64,000 bases of DNA from a virus. The notes under the pieces are model-generated. The model saw only the letters and a list, made by a program, of their open reading frames with translations, was not told the origin of the DNA and did no database searches. Of this stretch, positions 49,572 to 64,000 are shown piece after piece. Every line of letters begins with the position of its first letter. The stretch's first letter is position 1. The DNA is taken from positions 7,964 through 71,963 of the IMG/VR virus record IMGVR_UViG_3300010167_000860; one strand, 5' to 3'. The position numbers and the translations under genes are program-made.

Positions 49572-52500
49572 TTAAAATACTCCTTTATTAATAACATTTA
49601 TCCTTTCTTTAGGATCTGCTATTACATCTATCATTCTTACACCAGGTATTACTCCTGAAGCTGATCTCCATAATTTATTTTTACCTGTATGTCTTCCTCT
49701 TTCTACTTCATCTGCCCAATTCCAAGGAGTTACTAATCTTGTTCCAAAGGTCATTACATTCTCTAAATAAGTAGTTGCTGCAACAGGGGCTTTAAAAGTT
49801 TTTCAGTTATAACTTAACAATTGATGGTTAGGTATAACAGAACCTAATTCATTCTTAGTCCTAAGTATCCCCAAAGTAAGCATATTTAATCCCCAATTAT
49901 CATCATCATCATCTCCTCCTCCCTTTAAATTTAATAAAACCATAGTTAATATTGAAGCTGAAATTAATCCTATAATATCTACCATAGTTCTTATCATATT
50001 AGCCTTTTCTTCATCTGACAGGTTTGAGTATAAATCTGCAAATTCTTTAGATTTTCAAGCCTTAGCAGCTTGTCTTAAAAATGTTCTGTAAAACCCTTCA
50101 GTTACAGCATCAAGATTATAATCATAATTAGCTTGTTGCCATCTCCTATTTATCATTTGAGGTACAATATGCTTTTTAAACATAAAGAATAATTTAGCAA
50201 GAGCATTTCTTTGTGCCATAGCCATATCATCTTTATTATATATACCATTTAATCTTTGGTATACTGCTAAGGATTTTCTTGAAAATTTTCCCACATCTGC
50301 GTCATTAAATGCTGTGCCATCGGTTTTAGTATAACCTTTCTTAATAACCAATCTTGCTATATTTCCTGTTTCTACTACTTCCATAGCATCTCATAAGTTA
50401 GTCTCCTTTCCATTAGGATCTATCATTTTGTAATTATAAGCTAATGCAAGCCCTATTTCATTATAAGCAGAATGTTCCCCCATATTATTAAACATATACA
50501 TAGTATCAGCGTCTAAAGCCCTTCCTAATTTAGTTTTTCTGTGCATTTCAAATCCTCTTATCCTATTCTCCTGATCTTGCATAATATTAAATTTCTCTGA
50601 GAATAAGCTTAGTTTATTTTTCTTAACCCTGTTACCAAGTTCTTTTAATACGTAGGGAAGGTTTTTAGTGTAAGTAACTTTTGCATCTTTTATATTAGTC
50701 TTACTAAAGAACTGCCCTGAAAATCCTTCTATCCACATCTGAAATCTATTATTTAATGAGTTAGATATACCTGCTGGGAAGTTAAAAGCCATACCATTTA
50801 AAGATACTATTGTGCCTAATGCACCTAAAGCTTTATTAATAGGAACATCTTTTTTCCCTATTTTCATAACTCCAGCATCTTTTATATACTTTCCATATAC
50901 CTGAGCCTCTATATATTCATCAAATTTTGTTAATAAATTTGAAGCTAATACCTCAACAGTACCATCTTTATTTATAGTGTCTTTCCCATATTTAATCTTT
51001 TCAACTAACTTTTTATTACCTCTTGTAGCATTTATTTTATATTTATTCACTAAAACATCTCTTAATACTGATAAAGAGCTAACTACTTTAGTCATTTCAC
51101 TAAAATTATTAGCCATATTAGCATATACTATCATTGAAGAGGTTAAGTCTGTAGAAAGTTGTGAAGTATCTTTTATTCTGTTAGTATAATAAACAGGCAA
51201 TATATTTAGGGGCTTATTATCAAATCCTAAAGATATATTACTCTTATTACCCATTTCATCTTCTGTTTCCCTCATAAGGAAAGTGTCCCCTAAAGATGAT
51301 TTTAACTCTCCTAATAACCCTTTAGCCCCTGTTACTCCCTTTAGCCTCTCTATAAAACTTTTCCTTATTTGAGGAGCTTTAAATACACTTGTTGCTATAG
51401 CTAAATCTCCTTTATAATCTCCTTCAGTATAAGTTCTGTCTATTAACCTGTCCATAGGGAGTTTTTTATCTAATCTTCTTTTTTCATTTATTATAGTATC
51501 ATAATATCTCTTTTGGGCAGTATTTAAAGCCTCATATTCAGGATTACTATAAACAGACCTTTTAGGAACACTATAACCATTAATCTTTTCAGAATTTGCT
51601 AAATGTCATTCTCTTCATAATTTCTTTATTTCAGGCAGTTTATCAGGATCATTAGGGTACATATTTTTTAACCTTTCCCTTTCTATGTAATAATTTTGCC
51701 AGTAAGTTTCATAATCTCTATCCTGTAATAAATTACCTGTTTTTTCCCCTTCTTTATTTTCATACATAAAATCAGTATTTTTTATACCTGATTGTTCTAA
51801 TTCTATGTGAGCATCTGTAAATATCTTACTATCTTCAGTAGTAAGTAATCTTGCATTATCTTTATTAGTCCTTACTATCTGATCTACAGTTCTTAACATT
51901 AGATTATTACTGTTAGCCATAGAGTATATTCAAGTATCCATAAATGTAATATCTGAAAAACTTTCTTTTATTAATTCCTGAAGAGTAACTTCTTTACCTT
52001 TAAAATCTACTATCCTTCTATCTCCAAAGAAAGGTTTAAATAATTGTTCTGTTAAAGGTAATCCATTTCTTATATATTCCCTTTCTAATTTATTCATAGC
52101 ATCTAAAATACTTGTAGAGCCTTTATAAATCCTTTGTTCTATAACACCTGTATCACCTTCATATAAATCAATTAATCTTTCTACTAAAGGTCTATAAGCC
52201 TCTATATATGTTTTACCATCTAAAAGAACTTTAGCTACATCATTAACTTCCTTTCCAGGAACTCCATTCTCTATTTCAAGATTATTTCAATCTTCTTTAA
52301 GTATCTTTAAATCCCTTCAGGCTTCTTTTAATACATCTAAATTTCCATCTAATATTTCTCCTTTATCTAACCTTTTTCTTATAGCTTCCCTTCTTCTATT
52401 TTCCTCCTTAGATAGTCCAACATTTCTTTCCTTCCAATTTTTATTTATAATAGATAATCTTTTAACTGTAGCTTCTTTTCACTCTTCTAACACTGTTTTA

Positions 52501-55500
52501 GCATCATCTATCTCAGTATTTAATTTATATAACATATCATCATCAATGATATTATCAGGATTTAATTTAAGAAAATACTTACCATCTAATATTGAAGTAG
52601 CAAGTTTAGAGAACATTTTATCAGCTTTTAATAATTTTTTATCATATTCTGAAACATTTACTTTCTCAACTTTTCTTTTAAATATGTTCTTAACTCTTTC
52701 AATAAAACTTTGTAAGATACTTAACTTAGGCTTAGCAACATTATCCATTCTTAACTGTATCTGCTGTACTATAGACCTTCCTATCATCTTACCTATAGCT
52801 TCCCTAAGCATTAAATCCTGCCTGTCATTATATCTCTTTTTATATTCTTCATACTTCCCTTCTCCTTCTACATTAAAAACTGCTTCCATCACATCTTTAT
52901 TAGCAGCAAGATAATCACTTAACCTACCCATTATCTTTTCATTTCTTAAAGCAGCTTCTATAAAGTGTCCAAATTCTTCAGGTAAAGCAAAATCCCCTTT
53001 TATACCTTTAGCAACTCTTATTAAATTACCAATATCTTTAGCAACATTACTTAATACTGAAGGGTCAAATACTCCTGTTATACCTTTCCTTTCCTCAAGT
53101 TCTGTTAATGCTCCTATAGGAATACCTGCCTGTTCTAATAACCTTTCTATCTCTGACCTTATTTGTTTGTATAATGCTTCTCTTTCTTTTGTATTTTGAT
53201 TATTATTATCTGTGCCTAAACTATATAATTGTTTATTTTCTGTTTGATTATCTATATCTTCAGCCTTAACATTACTTAACCCTGTCTCATTTAAAATAGA
53301 TATTCCTACTTTTTTTAAAGTATCTATATCACTTTCCTTTTCCTCTATACCACCTTCATAGTGATATGGGTCATATTCTTCTTTATAAGCATCAAAACTA
53401 CTTTTTTCTTCCCCCCTTTCTAATAAATAAGGATTTTCTGAGTAAAATTTAATAGGATATTCTCTTTTATATCCTGTACCATCAAAAGAATAATAAGCAT
53501 TACTATCGCCAAAAGGATTAGGATAGGCTAAAGGTACAGAAACAAAGTATCCATAAGGATTTTCTCTTGTATTAATTACATCTTTACCTGCTACCATTCC
53601 TTTATATACAGTATTATCTCCTTCAATAGGAGCAAAAACACTATTAACTAAATCTTTATTATCAAGATTTCTTAGTATAAACTGTTTTCAAAATCCCCAA
53701 TCTTCATTATTATTTCCCCCTGTTAAATCTCCTTCTTTACTTTCAAAGTGATTATCTGCTCATTGTTGTATTCTTCTTAGATAATTTATATATTCAGGCA
53801 TTGCTTCTTTAACAAGACTTGGTATAAGATGTGCAAAGGATTTAGCTTCAAAATTAAATCCTGATTTATAAAATGTATATACTGCAAGGTCTATTGCTAA
53901 TTGTTTATAATCATCATCATATAATAACTGTTCCCACTCCCTCATAACAACATTAACATCCTCAGTAGATAGTTTACCTGCATTATTAAATACTATACCT
54001 TCCTTTTTATCAAATTTTAAAGACTTAAATAATTTTAGATTAGCTAAATAATCATCATTTTCTCTTAGCTCTTTAAATAGTTTAGGAAACTCTTTTATAA
54101 ACATATCTCTTTGATTACTATCTCTTAATTCTAAAAGACTATCAAATGCAGAATCCCTTTGAAGTTCCATATAATATTCAAATATATTCTGATATATCTT
54201 ATTTATAGTTTGTGGACTCAATTTATTTCTTCTACTAGCTTTTATTAATCTATTCACAACACTTTGAAAAGATGTAGATAATTGAGGGAATAATACTTCT
54301 TCTCCTACTTTATTTAATACATTCTTTGTACTTTCTAATCCTAAGGTATAAAACCCTTGTAAGAATTTAAGAGGAGCATTATTTAATTTTTCTCTTAGTA
54401 TATCTTTATTTTCATTAAAATTCTCAGCAGTTATTCCTTTTGTTAAATTATCCTCATCTAAAAATAATTCCCTTACACCTGATAAAGGATACCATTCCTC
54501 TGTACTATCTGATTTTATCTTATCTATTTTATTAAGATTACTTATAGTATCTGCTATTTTAGGTCCTGAAGGTATAGTATCCACTTTTAATAATGCTGAT
54601 AAATCTCTTATAGCTTCCCCTGCTTTAAGCATCTCTGCAAAATTATTTGCTACTTCTATCTGAAAAGCAAGATGATCTACAAGGGATTCTGTAGATAAAG
54701 TTTTTAATCCTTTTTTATATTGAGTTATACTTCTTTCTAATTCATTGATAGTTAAAAGTGATCCTTCTTTAGAGGACTTTTCTACTCCACTTTTAACTAA
54801 AGTATCTTTTATATATTTTTCTGTTTTACTTATAAGTTGTTTTATAATAGTATCTTTATCAGGGTATAATTCCTGTCCTGCTATTTTAGTAAATTCTTTT
54901 ATTACAGGCTGATTTAAAAATAATCCTATCTCTTCTCAACTATACCCTGTTCTTGCTAATAATGCTGCTACATTAACAGTATTTAAGTCCACATTTAAAC
55001 TTAAAAATACAGGCTCTTTTACTGCATCTACTGAAGCAGCTAAAGGCTCAGAAACATTTCTTGCTGTAAAACTATTTTCACTTGATAAATTTGTTAAAGA
55101 TTTTCCATTAAGCACATAATTACTTTTTACAGTTACATTATGTTGTTGTAAAATTGCGTGAGAAGTATTATGATTAGCTCATATTCCTATTAAATGAGTT
55201 GCAGCAGCATTTTGATTATGTAAAAATATTTGTGTGGAAGGTAATGTTATATCTAAATCTGTTTCAGGAGTTCCGTTTAACTCATCCATTTCCTTAGCTA
55301 CCCTTTTCATAGTATCAAATCCACCAGGTGTAAACATATCCACAGCAGCCTTAGGATGTGTTAATACTGCCCACATTATATCTTTTAATTGATTATCCCT
55401 TTGTGCTAAAGTTAAATCTTTTACAGGAGTATGAGAAGAATAAGGTATAACTTCATATTTACCTGTATCATAATTTAATTGCATAGTAGGTAATATAATA

Positions 55501-58500
55501 TATTCTTTATCTATATCAAAGTCTAACCCTGCTATATTAGTTATTTCAGTAGGAAGTTGTAGGTTACTGCCCCCATTTTGAGGTAAAAATTCTACTATCT
55601 TTATGGGTATCATAGAATATTTATTTTCTGTAGGTATTCTATAACCTATAATCTTTCTTGCCTCATCTGATAGAATACTAATATCTAATATACCTGTTTT
55701 TTTATAATCATCAAGCATCTTTCTTTCAGTAGGATGTAGGTCCTGACCTTCCATATACTTTCTAATAAATTCCATAGAATGAAATGGCAACCTCCCTTCA
55801 AAATAATCTAATGAACCATCCTCTTTAAATACTATCCTTAAATCATCTTTTAAATCAGATTTCATCCCTCAATCTGTAAAGTTTACTGCTGAGCCTCCTG
55901 TAATTTTTTGTTTAGTTACAGTCTTTTTAATAACAGAAGTTAGTAGTTGTTGAAATTTTACTGATCTTAATGGTTCATAAGAAGGTATAGAAAATCTTTT
56001 CTTTATTATAGCATCTCCTTTCTCACCATTTTCATTATACTCATATCCTGCAATATAATCTTCTAATTCTATAGCTTTTAATCAATCATTATCATACCTT
56101 GCATTACTCCTTATTTCTCTAACAAGCATATTATATACACTCTCTACATCTTTAAAGTCATTTAACAGGTTTTCAAAAGAAGTAAGCAAGTTTTCATTTA
56201 TTAGTTCTGTATATCTTTGTAATAATTCATCTTTTGTTGTTTTTTTACCATTTATTTCAAAATCAAATATATCATCAGCAGAAAAGTTACTTATTAATAA
56301 CTTTCTTAACTGTGTTCCTACCAAAGATGTAGTATCTATTAAATGTTCAGGTACAGGTTGCTGTATTTTATAATATTCATAAGGAAATTCTTGCATTTTC
56401 CCTTGTTCTAATGCTTCAGATAAGATATTATAAGCTCCTTCTGAGGTTGTTGTATTGTTTAAATCTATTTTACTATGCCCTCCTACTTTAACTGCACTCT
56501 CAAATAATATTAAATCTATGTCATTCTTTGTCATAAATTCATACATACCATTTAACTTACTGTCTTTATCATTAACATTGGGTAATAATATCATTTCAGA
56601 ATCCTTATGTTGTGTAGAAGTTCTTATATATTGAGTATCCCCATTATTATCCTTATGAGATACTACAGGTACATTTCCATAAGAGAAGGGTTTAAAATTC
56701 TGATATACTATATTATAATCATTAAAATCTCAATCTCCCTTTTTAATATTAAGATATGCTGTAAATATAGCATCATTCATTTGTCCTGCCATAGTAATAA
56801 TCTGTACAGCAGAATCTAAAGTTCTGTAAGCTCCTCCATCTGTCCTGTTTATATTTTCATAAGTAGCTAATACTCTTTGTCCTTCTTCATTGAAATTACC
56901 ATTTTTATCAACTAAATTTTTATTTTGTTTTAATATATTTTTAATCTGGTTATATGATGAACTTTTAACTTTCTTTTCATCATTTATTATCATAGTATTT
57001 TGGACTTTCTTTGAAACACTGTGTCCCCCTGGAAATATATTACCAACCTCTTCTCCTCTATAAAAAAACCTTGCTTCAGTATCTAAATGTTCCCCTGGGG
57101 AGTATATTTGTTTAAATCTCTTATTAAAGTCTTTGGTAGATTTAAAAAAGGCTAAATCTCCTATTGTAATATTTACAATATTTTGAATAAACAAGGAATT
57201 ATTTCAGAAATAATTCTCTAACAGGTTATTAACCTGTTCTCTTGATAATCCTGATAATGCAGGTATTTTCTCTAAATGTTTGTATTTATCCTTTTTATAT
57301 TCACTCTTATCAAATAACCCTAGAGTTTCATAGTTTGCTAATTCTGATTGGAATAACTTATCCATATTTTCAGAGATAATATTCTCTAACTCTGCATTAA
57401 ACATTTCCTCTTTACCTTCAAACTCTCCTATAACAAATCTATCAAATAAACCTTTATTATTTTCAGTATTATATTGTCCATTAAGATATGGAAAATGTAA
57501 AAATTTATCACCTCTTGTATCAAAATTATCTATAAAAGGTTTCCTTACTTCAACTAACTGTATTCTTTTAAACTCTGCAATAGCAGCATTTTTTAATTTC
57601 TCAACAATAATATCTTTATAATAATTTACACTCTTTTCATTCATATTATTGTATCTTACAAACTTTACTCCTGCAAAGGTCATACTATTACTCATTACAG
57701 GTAATGTATAAGTACTAACATTATCTCCGGAAAAGAAGTTTATTAACTGTGGGATAACATAATTTACATTAGACTGATTATCATTCTCTATACTATCATA
57801 ATGAAGTAATTCTTCAAATTCAAGCATATCTCTATATTTCTTACTTTCCTTTCATAATAAATCATCATATTCCTTTTGTAGTTCTTCTACTCTGTAAGTA
57901 TCTATAAATCCTGAATCATCAGGTAATTGTGCTTCTTCTAACTCTGAAAGTTTATCTGCAAATTTTTCCCTAATCTCTGTAGATTTCCCTGTTAGTAAGT
58001 TAAGATATTCATTATAAAACTGGTCTGTTTCTTCATTATAATAAGCATCTCCATATTTTAAAAACTCTTCTTTTATAAATTCTTGAAACCTTTCCCTACC
58101 ACCAATCTTATTATTAAATCTTTTAAATAAATCTGATAAATAAGAAGTGTATCTATAAGAACTATATCCAGCTCCTAATTCATGTACAAAATCATCAGTT
58201 ACATCATAATTAACTTTATCAAATAACCTTGCTATTTTACTATATGCTCCTGAATTATCACTAACTAATTTTTCAGGAGTTTTTATTTGAGTATCAGATT
58301 TATTAGGAATAATTGAAGATGATATTCCCATTATTGATGTTAATATAATAGATATATTTTTTTCATCTGAAGATAATACTTCCTCAAGGTCTTTTGTAGT
58401 ATGACTTACACCTATACTTTTTAGTAAGGTAGATATATTTTCAGAATTTTCTATAGCATATTCTATTATCTTACTTGGATTTTTAATCTTACTTATATTA

Positions 58501-59720
58501 GTGATGTGGTTTTCAGCAAACATAATAACCTCTGTAGCATTATAAGTATTTAATCCTTCAGCATTATATATAGAAGTACCTTCATTTAAAACAATAGGTT
58601 CTTCTCCTGTAATATTATCCCCCCATTCTGATACTAATCCTCTTTGAAAATCTGATACATTTACATTTATTTTGTTATACTGTTTTGTCTTTTTATCTAG
58701 TTTTATAACACTAAAATTTGTAAAGGCTTTATTAAAATGCCTAAAAAACTGTATTTTAAGATGAGGATTATCTTCTAATTTTTCTATTAACTCTTCTGCC
58801 CATAAATTATTATTATCCTTTAATAACCCTTTTAACAGCATAATAATATCACCCTGCTTTTCTACACTCTTTAAAGTTCTTAATATTGTCTTTTTTACAT
58901 CAGAGGCATCTACTTTTCTATGATAACCTAAAAAGTTAGTAGAATTTGCTGTTTCCTGTTCCCCTGTTTCTTTATTTACTTTTACTTCTTTTTCTTTTAA
59001 TCCAAATAAAACCCTTTTAATTTCTGAGGGTAAATCTGCTAATGCTGATATTTGTCTGTAATTTATTTGCCATCCTTCTTTAGCCTTTTCCTCAGGAGTA
59101 TAATAATCTTCAGCCATATCTTCTAATTCTGATACTCCAAAATCATTCTCCATTGAATTTAATACTTCTAATATATCTCCATTATAAACATCAAATTCAA
59201 ATCCTTCTATAGCTTTAAAAGTGGACATAGCATTTTGCATAAGTCCATAGAAATTATCTAATATCATCCCAAAATTACTTGCTTTTTCTATATTTCCTGC
59301 TTGTTCTGCTTTATTCTTTTCATTGGTAAAGACTGTAACTATATGCTTGTATATATTGTCAAGATTATTATTCTTATTTTTTAATGACATAATATACTCC
59401 TTACTATCTCATATACCTGCTTTATTCTTTTCCATTTCTATACTTTTATAGAACATATCTAATATCATATCAGATAAATGATGTAATGTTACAGGATCAT
59501 ATACCATTCTTACTTTATTTAAAGCAGGAATATCATTAAATTCTTGTATTAATTCCTCTAACCTTTCTTTTGTAGGGACAGTTTCATTGTTTAGTATAAA
59601 TAAAGTTCAGGCTTTATTTACAGCCTCTTCTGTATTTATAGGATTACCCTTATCATCTTTTTCTGAAAGAGTGTTTACTAAGTCTTTTCACTCTTTACTA
59701 TTTATTACTGGACATTTCAT
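49572..59720 (-). CDS. Giant virion-associated RNA polymerase (~3,382 aa; TGA=Trp)
   Basis: Twelve track ORFs share one frame and are separated only by TGA; start MKCPVINSKE-W-KDLV; catalytic GLDFDIDK (DFDID at 55509-55523), GYRIPTE, LAASVDAVKEP, GDLAFFK. Confidence 0.9.
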
Positions 59721-59727
59721 ATATTTA

Positions 59728-62700
59728 TTATTTTGGGTTACAATCTTCTTTTTTAGTTTCTCTTGTAAATTCTTCTTTTTTATCCATCTCTTCTAAGGAT
59801 TTTTCAAATGTAAATTCTTCCTGAGATTTACCTTTATTAACTTTAAATATTTGTTTTCTTCCTCCTTCTTTTGTTGCAGAACTAAATCCTTCATATTTTG
59901 TAGATTTAGCAGGACTTGGTTTTTCAGATATATCTTCTCCAAGAAATTCCTCAACACTAATTTGAGATTCTGCTTGTTGTTGCTTACTTTGTTGTTCTAA
60001 AGCAGCAAGTTCAGCATCATACTTAGCATTAATTTCAGAATTAATAGTATTTAAAAGAACTTGTTCATCCTTTGAAAGGGTAATTATAGGAGCAGTTTTT
60101 ATTTTTTCTGTAAGAAGTTTTTGTCTTTCAAATTCCTCTTGTCTCCTCCTCTCAATATCTGCTTTCTGTTGTTCTAAAGTTGGTTGTTCTTTAGATTCTA
60201 TTTTATTAACTCCTTTCTTAACAGGCTTACCTGCTTTATCTTTTAAAAAAGCATCCATAGCTCCATTACTTTTTGTTTTAACTCCCTGTTCATTATATTG
60301 ATTACCTTGTTTATCTTCATAAGCAGCCTCATTAAGATTACCTTCATCATCAAATAATGTAACTTTTGGTTTTTCAACAATAGATTTAGGATCTTGTAAC
60401 CCTGCTTTATTATATATTATTTTTCTATTACCATCATTAGCCTCTGAATATACTGTAGTTCTACCTGTTGCAGCAGTTGAATAGATATTACCCTTATCAG
60501 TAACTATATAATCAGTGCTATTATGTTCTACAATCTTATAATTTCCTTGTACTGTAATATCTTTATTATCTTTTAAAGGAGTTCCTGGTAATCTTTCTCC
60601 ATTATCATCTATTAATTGTAATCTTCCTGCTGCATTAACTCTTCTTACTAATGCCTTTTTTCCTTTATAATTTATTACAGAGCCTGCTTTTAATGTTTTA
60701 TCCTTTGAGTTAAAAGATTTTACTACAGGAGTTTCTTTTTTATCAGAAGTTTCTTTTATAGCCCCTGTTTTAGTTAAAAATTCCCTTGTCTTTGTACCTT
60801 TAGGAGTTACTTTATTTCCTAAAGAACTTTCAGTATTATTTCCCATAGGATTTCTTACAGTAACTTGTTTTACCTCAGGTGTTTTTCCTATTATATTTCC
60901 CTTCTCATCTAAAGGATTAAGTACATAATTTATTCCGTGAACAGCAGGACTACTGATATTAGTGCTTAATATTCCTGATTCTATTAATTTAATTACATAA
61001 TCTTGTCTTTTTAACTCATCTTTTCCTATTGAAAAGCCTATGTCTATATTTCTTACTTTTGTATCTCCTTTTCTGGTAAAATACTCATATAAATTATCTA
61101 ACAAATAAGCATTTAACTCATTATTTTCTCTTCTTACCAACACCTTAGCCTTTTCTACTCATTTATGATTATCATCAAGTCCTTTTATGGTTAACCTTCA
61201 CTCTCCATCTATTTCAACAAAATTTGCCCTATGATTTGCATTATTACCTATCCTAAAATAATTATTTAATTTTGATAATATTGACCTAAAATCTGTCTCA
61301 ACTTCTTTTGCATCCCTATTAACATTTATATTCTCTAAACTATGTGCAAAATCTCTTAATGCAAGTAATGCTTCCTCAACAAATGTAGGATTTTCCATAA
61401 CTTCTCCATTAAATATCTGCTCTTTTCTACCTATTAATTGAGTACTTAATTCACTTAATTTTTGTACTCTTACTGCTAAAGGCATAAATTCTCCTTTACC
61501 CCCTCTTAATCCTAAGTATAATCTGCCTGCAATATCTTTAAAATTTTGTCAGGTTTCATTATCCCTCATCTTATTAAACCTTGTATTAAGAGATATGCCA
61601 AAACTAATTCTACTGGGTATATATTTTTTCCCTGTTTTTTCATTAATCTTAACAAGATCAAGAGAATTTAAATCTGTTTCTTCTTCAGTAAATTTAACCT
61701 GACCATTCTTTACAAACTGTACAGTAGTTTTTTCTTTGGATACTCAAACAGGAGTATCCTTTACATAAGTTGTAGTATTAGTTATTGCACTTTCTTCTTT
61801 CTCCTTAGCCTCTTTATTATCCTTATACTCTTTAATTACTCTATCTCTTAAAGCCTGTACATTAGCCATTCCTGATAAAGTATCTATAGGTTGATATTTA
61901 TTTCCTCTTTTTACTGCCATAAATATAGCATCAGATTCCTTTATTTCAGGTTTAGAAGTAGATTGATATTCAGGTCAGATTATAAAATAAACCTCATCTC
62001 CTGCCTTTACACTATTATTATCTCTAACTGCTTTAGCTCCTTCATTTTCTAAAAAATTATCAGTAGAACTTAAAGGCTTATCTTCTAATTGCCTGTTTCT
62101 TACTACATATCCTGTTAAATTTGCAGTGCCTAAATAATTATCCTTATCATTTACAGTGTATAATTCTGTTTGTTTTTCTTCAAAAGCACTATTTTCTTTA
62201 GTAACATCCCCAAAATTATTTGCAGGGTCTCCTTCAATTATTTCCCTACCATCCTTAGTAAGGGGAGCTATGTTTTTACCATCCTTATCTATACCTGTAG
62301 CAGCAGTCCTAATCTTTTTATTAACAGTATTAAAGAATTTCTTTAATGCTTCTATATCTTCTTTTGACATATTTTTAGGAATTTCCTTATCTTTAAGATA
62401 CCCAAGTATATCATCAAATAAACCATTATCTAATCTATCCTTTAAAATAGATTTTGCAAGATCTCTTATAGCAGGAGTTGTAGTTACTGTTCTCCCTACT
62501 TCATTAAATTTATCAACTTTTTCTTTTCTATCTAAATACTTTTTTACAAAAGGATTATCTGCTGTTACTTTTAAGATATTATCTCTTTTATCTTCAGGGA
62601 GTTTGTTTATTTCACTAAGTACTTCTTCATATTTTTTAGTATTGGATATAGCATTAACAAATCCTACAGCCTCTGCTATATCTTTTAATTCTTTTACAGC

Positions 62701-63999
62701 CTGTTCTTTCTGTATAGTTTCCTTTTCTATTTCTTCAGGATTACCAAGAAATTTATTATATTTTTCAGCAAACCTTGTACTTAATCCTTTTAACATTAGA
62801 TTATTAGCAAGTGCTTTTTTAAATTTATCAGTTTCCGTAGGATTACTTTTCTTTAATAAAGCATTAAAATTTACTTTATCTTCCTTAGGCATTGTAGATA
62901 ATATATTTATAAGCTCACTTGCAGGAGTTTTTAATAACTCTTCAAAGGTTATAGTTTTACCTTCTCTTTGTTCTTTAAGTTCTTTACTCTTTTCATCCTC
63001 TACAAGTTCTTCAGTATAATATCTAAATTTTTGTAACTTTGTTTTATCATCTTTAGGGCTTGTCTTACTTAATACCTCATCTATCTCTGTAAGCCCATTA
63101 GCATATTCTGTATCTATATTTCTTAATTGTGTTGCTAAAAAAGTAAGGCTTTCTAATCCCTTTTGGTCAAATTTATCTCCAACCATTTCCCTGAGATTAT
63201 TAGATATGTCAAGAAAATTTGTATATTTCTTTTTTATACCCTCAAGATTTTTCTTATGTTTTAATAGAATTGCCTCATTACTCAATCCTTTAAATGGATT
63301 TATATTCTTACCCTCCACAGTTATACCCATAACCTCTTTTAAATCCTCTACTATATCATTTATCATCTCTACATTATTAGGAGAGGATAATGCCTTATTT
63401 ACACTTTCTAACTCTATATCTATTGTATCTAAAATATCATCTAATTTATCAGCCTTATTAAAAGTAATAAACATATTAATAAGGCTTTCTGTTTGAGCAT
63501 TATCATATTTTATTTTATCATCCTCTATTATAGCATCTCTTTCCTTGTCAGTAAGTTCTCTATTAGTAGTAAGAAAATCAGCATATATTTTCCTTATATT
63601 CTTTTTATCAAAAGTATTTAATTCTTTAGTAACACTTTCTAAGGCTTTATTATCATAATATCTATCTACAGCTTCTCCTATAACACCTCCTTGTCAAGTT
63701 AATCCTGTACCTCCTTTTCTATTCCTACCAACAGTAACTACCCCTCCTGCCCCTATAACAGCTCCAAAAAATCCTTCTTCTCAATGTTCAGGATTAGTAA
63801 AAGTCTCTTCATAGCTTTTTAATATACTATTTCATAAGCTATAAGTCTCATCTCTTTTATCAGGATCTACATATCCTAAATAAATACTATCATTTACATA
63901 ATCCTTTGCAGCCATAGATACAGCATTTTGTCCCATCTCTTCTCACATACCTTCAGAAAGTGCATTTTTAATAATAGTATAAGCCCCTTGTCCTATATA
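59728..63999 (-). CDS. Large virion cargo / ejection protein (partial; TGA=Trp)
   Basis: Track ORFs 59728..61143, 61198..61485 and 61975..63474 share one frame open to the window end; SEGM-W-EEMGQ, EH-W-EEGFFGAVIG, LT-W-QGG; adjacent to the vRNAP gene. Confidence 0.8.
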
Positions 64000-64000
64000 A

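Noticed and set aside
62156-63496. Plus-strand ORFs 62156..63019 and 63206..63496 (also 50977, 52546, 59587)
   Set aside because: Antisense shadows of the giant virion genes.

Overview
The window is an AT-rich segment of a crAss-like (Crassvirales, Bacteroidetes-infecting) phage genome that uses two genetic codes. Minus-strand late genes read TGA as Trp (code 4-like). Once TGA is read through, the fragments in the supplied ORF track fuse into a tail-fibre gene (<1-945), portal (948-3371), terminase large subunit (3621-5981), a GIY-YIG endonuclease (5969-6841), a ~3,380-aa virion RNA polymerase (49572-59720) and another giant virion protein (59728->64000). A non-canonical opal-suppressor tRNA-Trp(UCA) lies at 12167-12238 (-). 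Plus-strand genes are intact in the standard code: replication and recombination genes (SF2 helicase, DnaB, primase, PolA, nucleases), ThyX, a Ubl/E2/JAB/E1 cassette and many small ORFs. Unexpected for a crAss-like phage is an apparently complete lysogeny kit: a tyrosine integrase, an attP-like site (promoter plus 5' half of tRNA-Thr(CGT) between tandem arm repeats) and a hidden excisionase-like gene that is translatable only by TGA read-through or a -1 slip. Other highlights are a split RlmN-like radical-SAM enzyme that lacks the resolving cysteine and has its AACGQL cysteine on a separate 41-aa peptide, a membrane peptide gated by a codon-2 TGA, and an endonuclease fused to a duplicate of the TerL N-terminus. 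All calls come from manual reading and recalled family motifs; no database searches were run.
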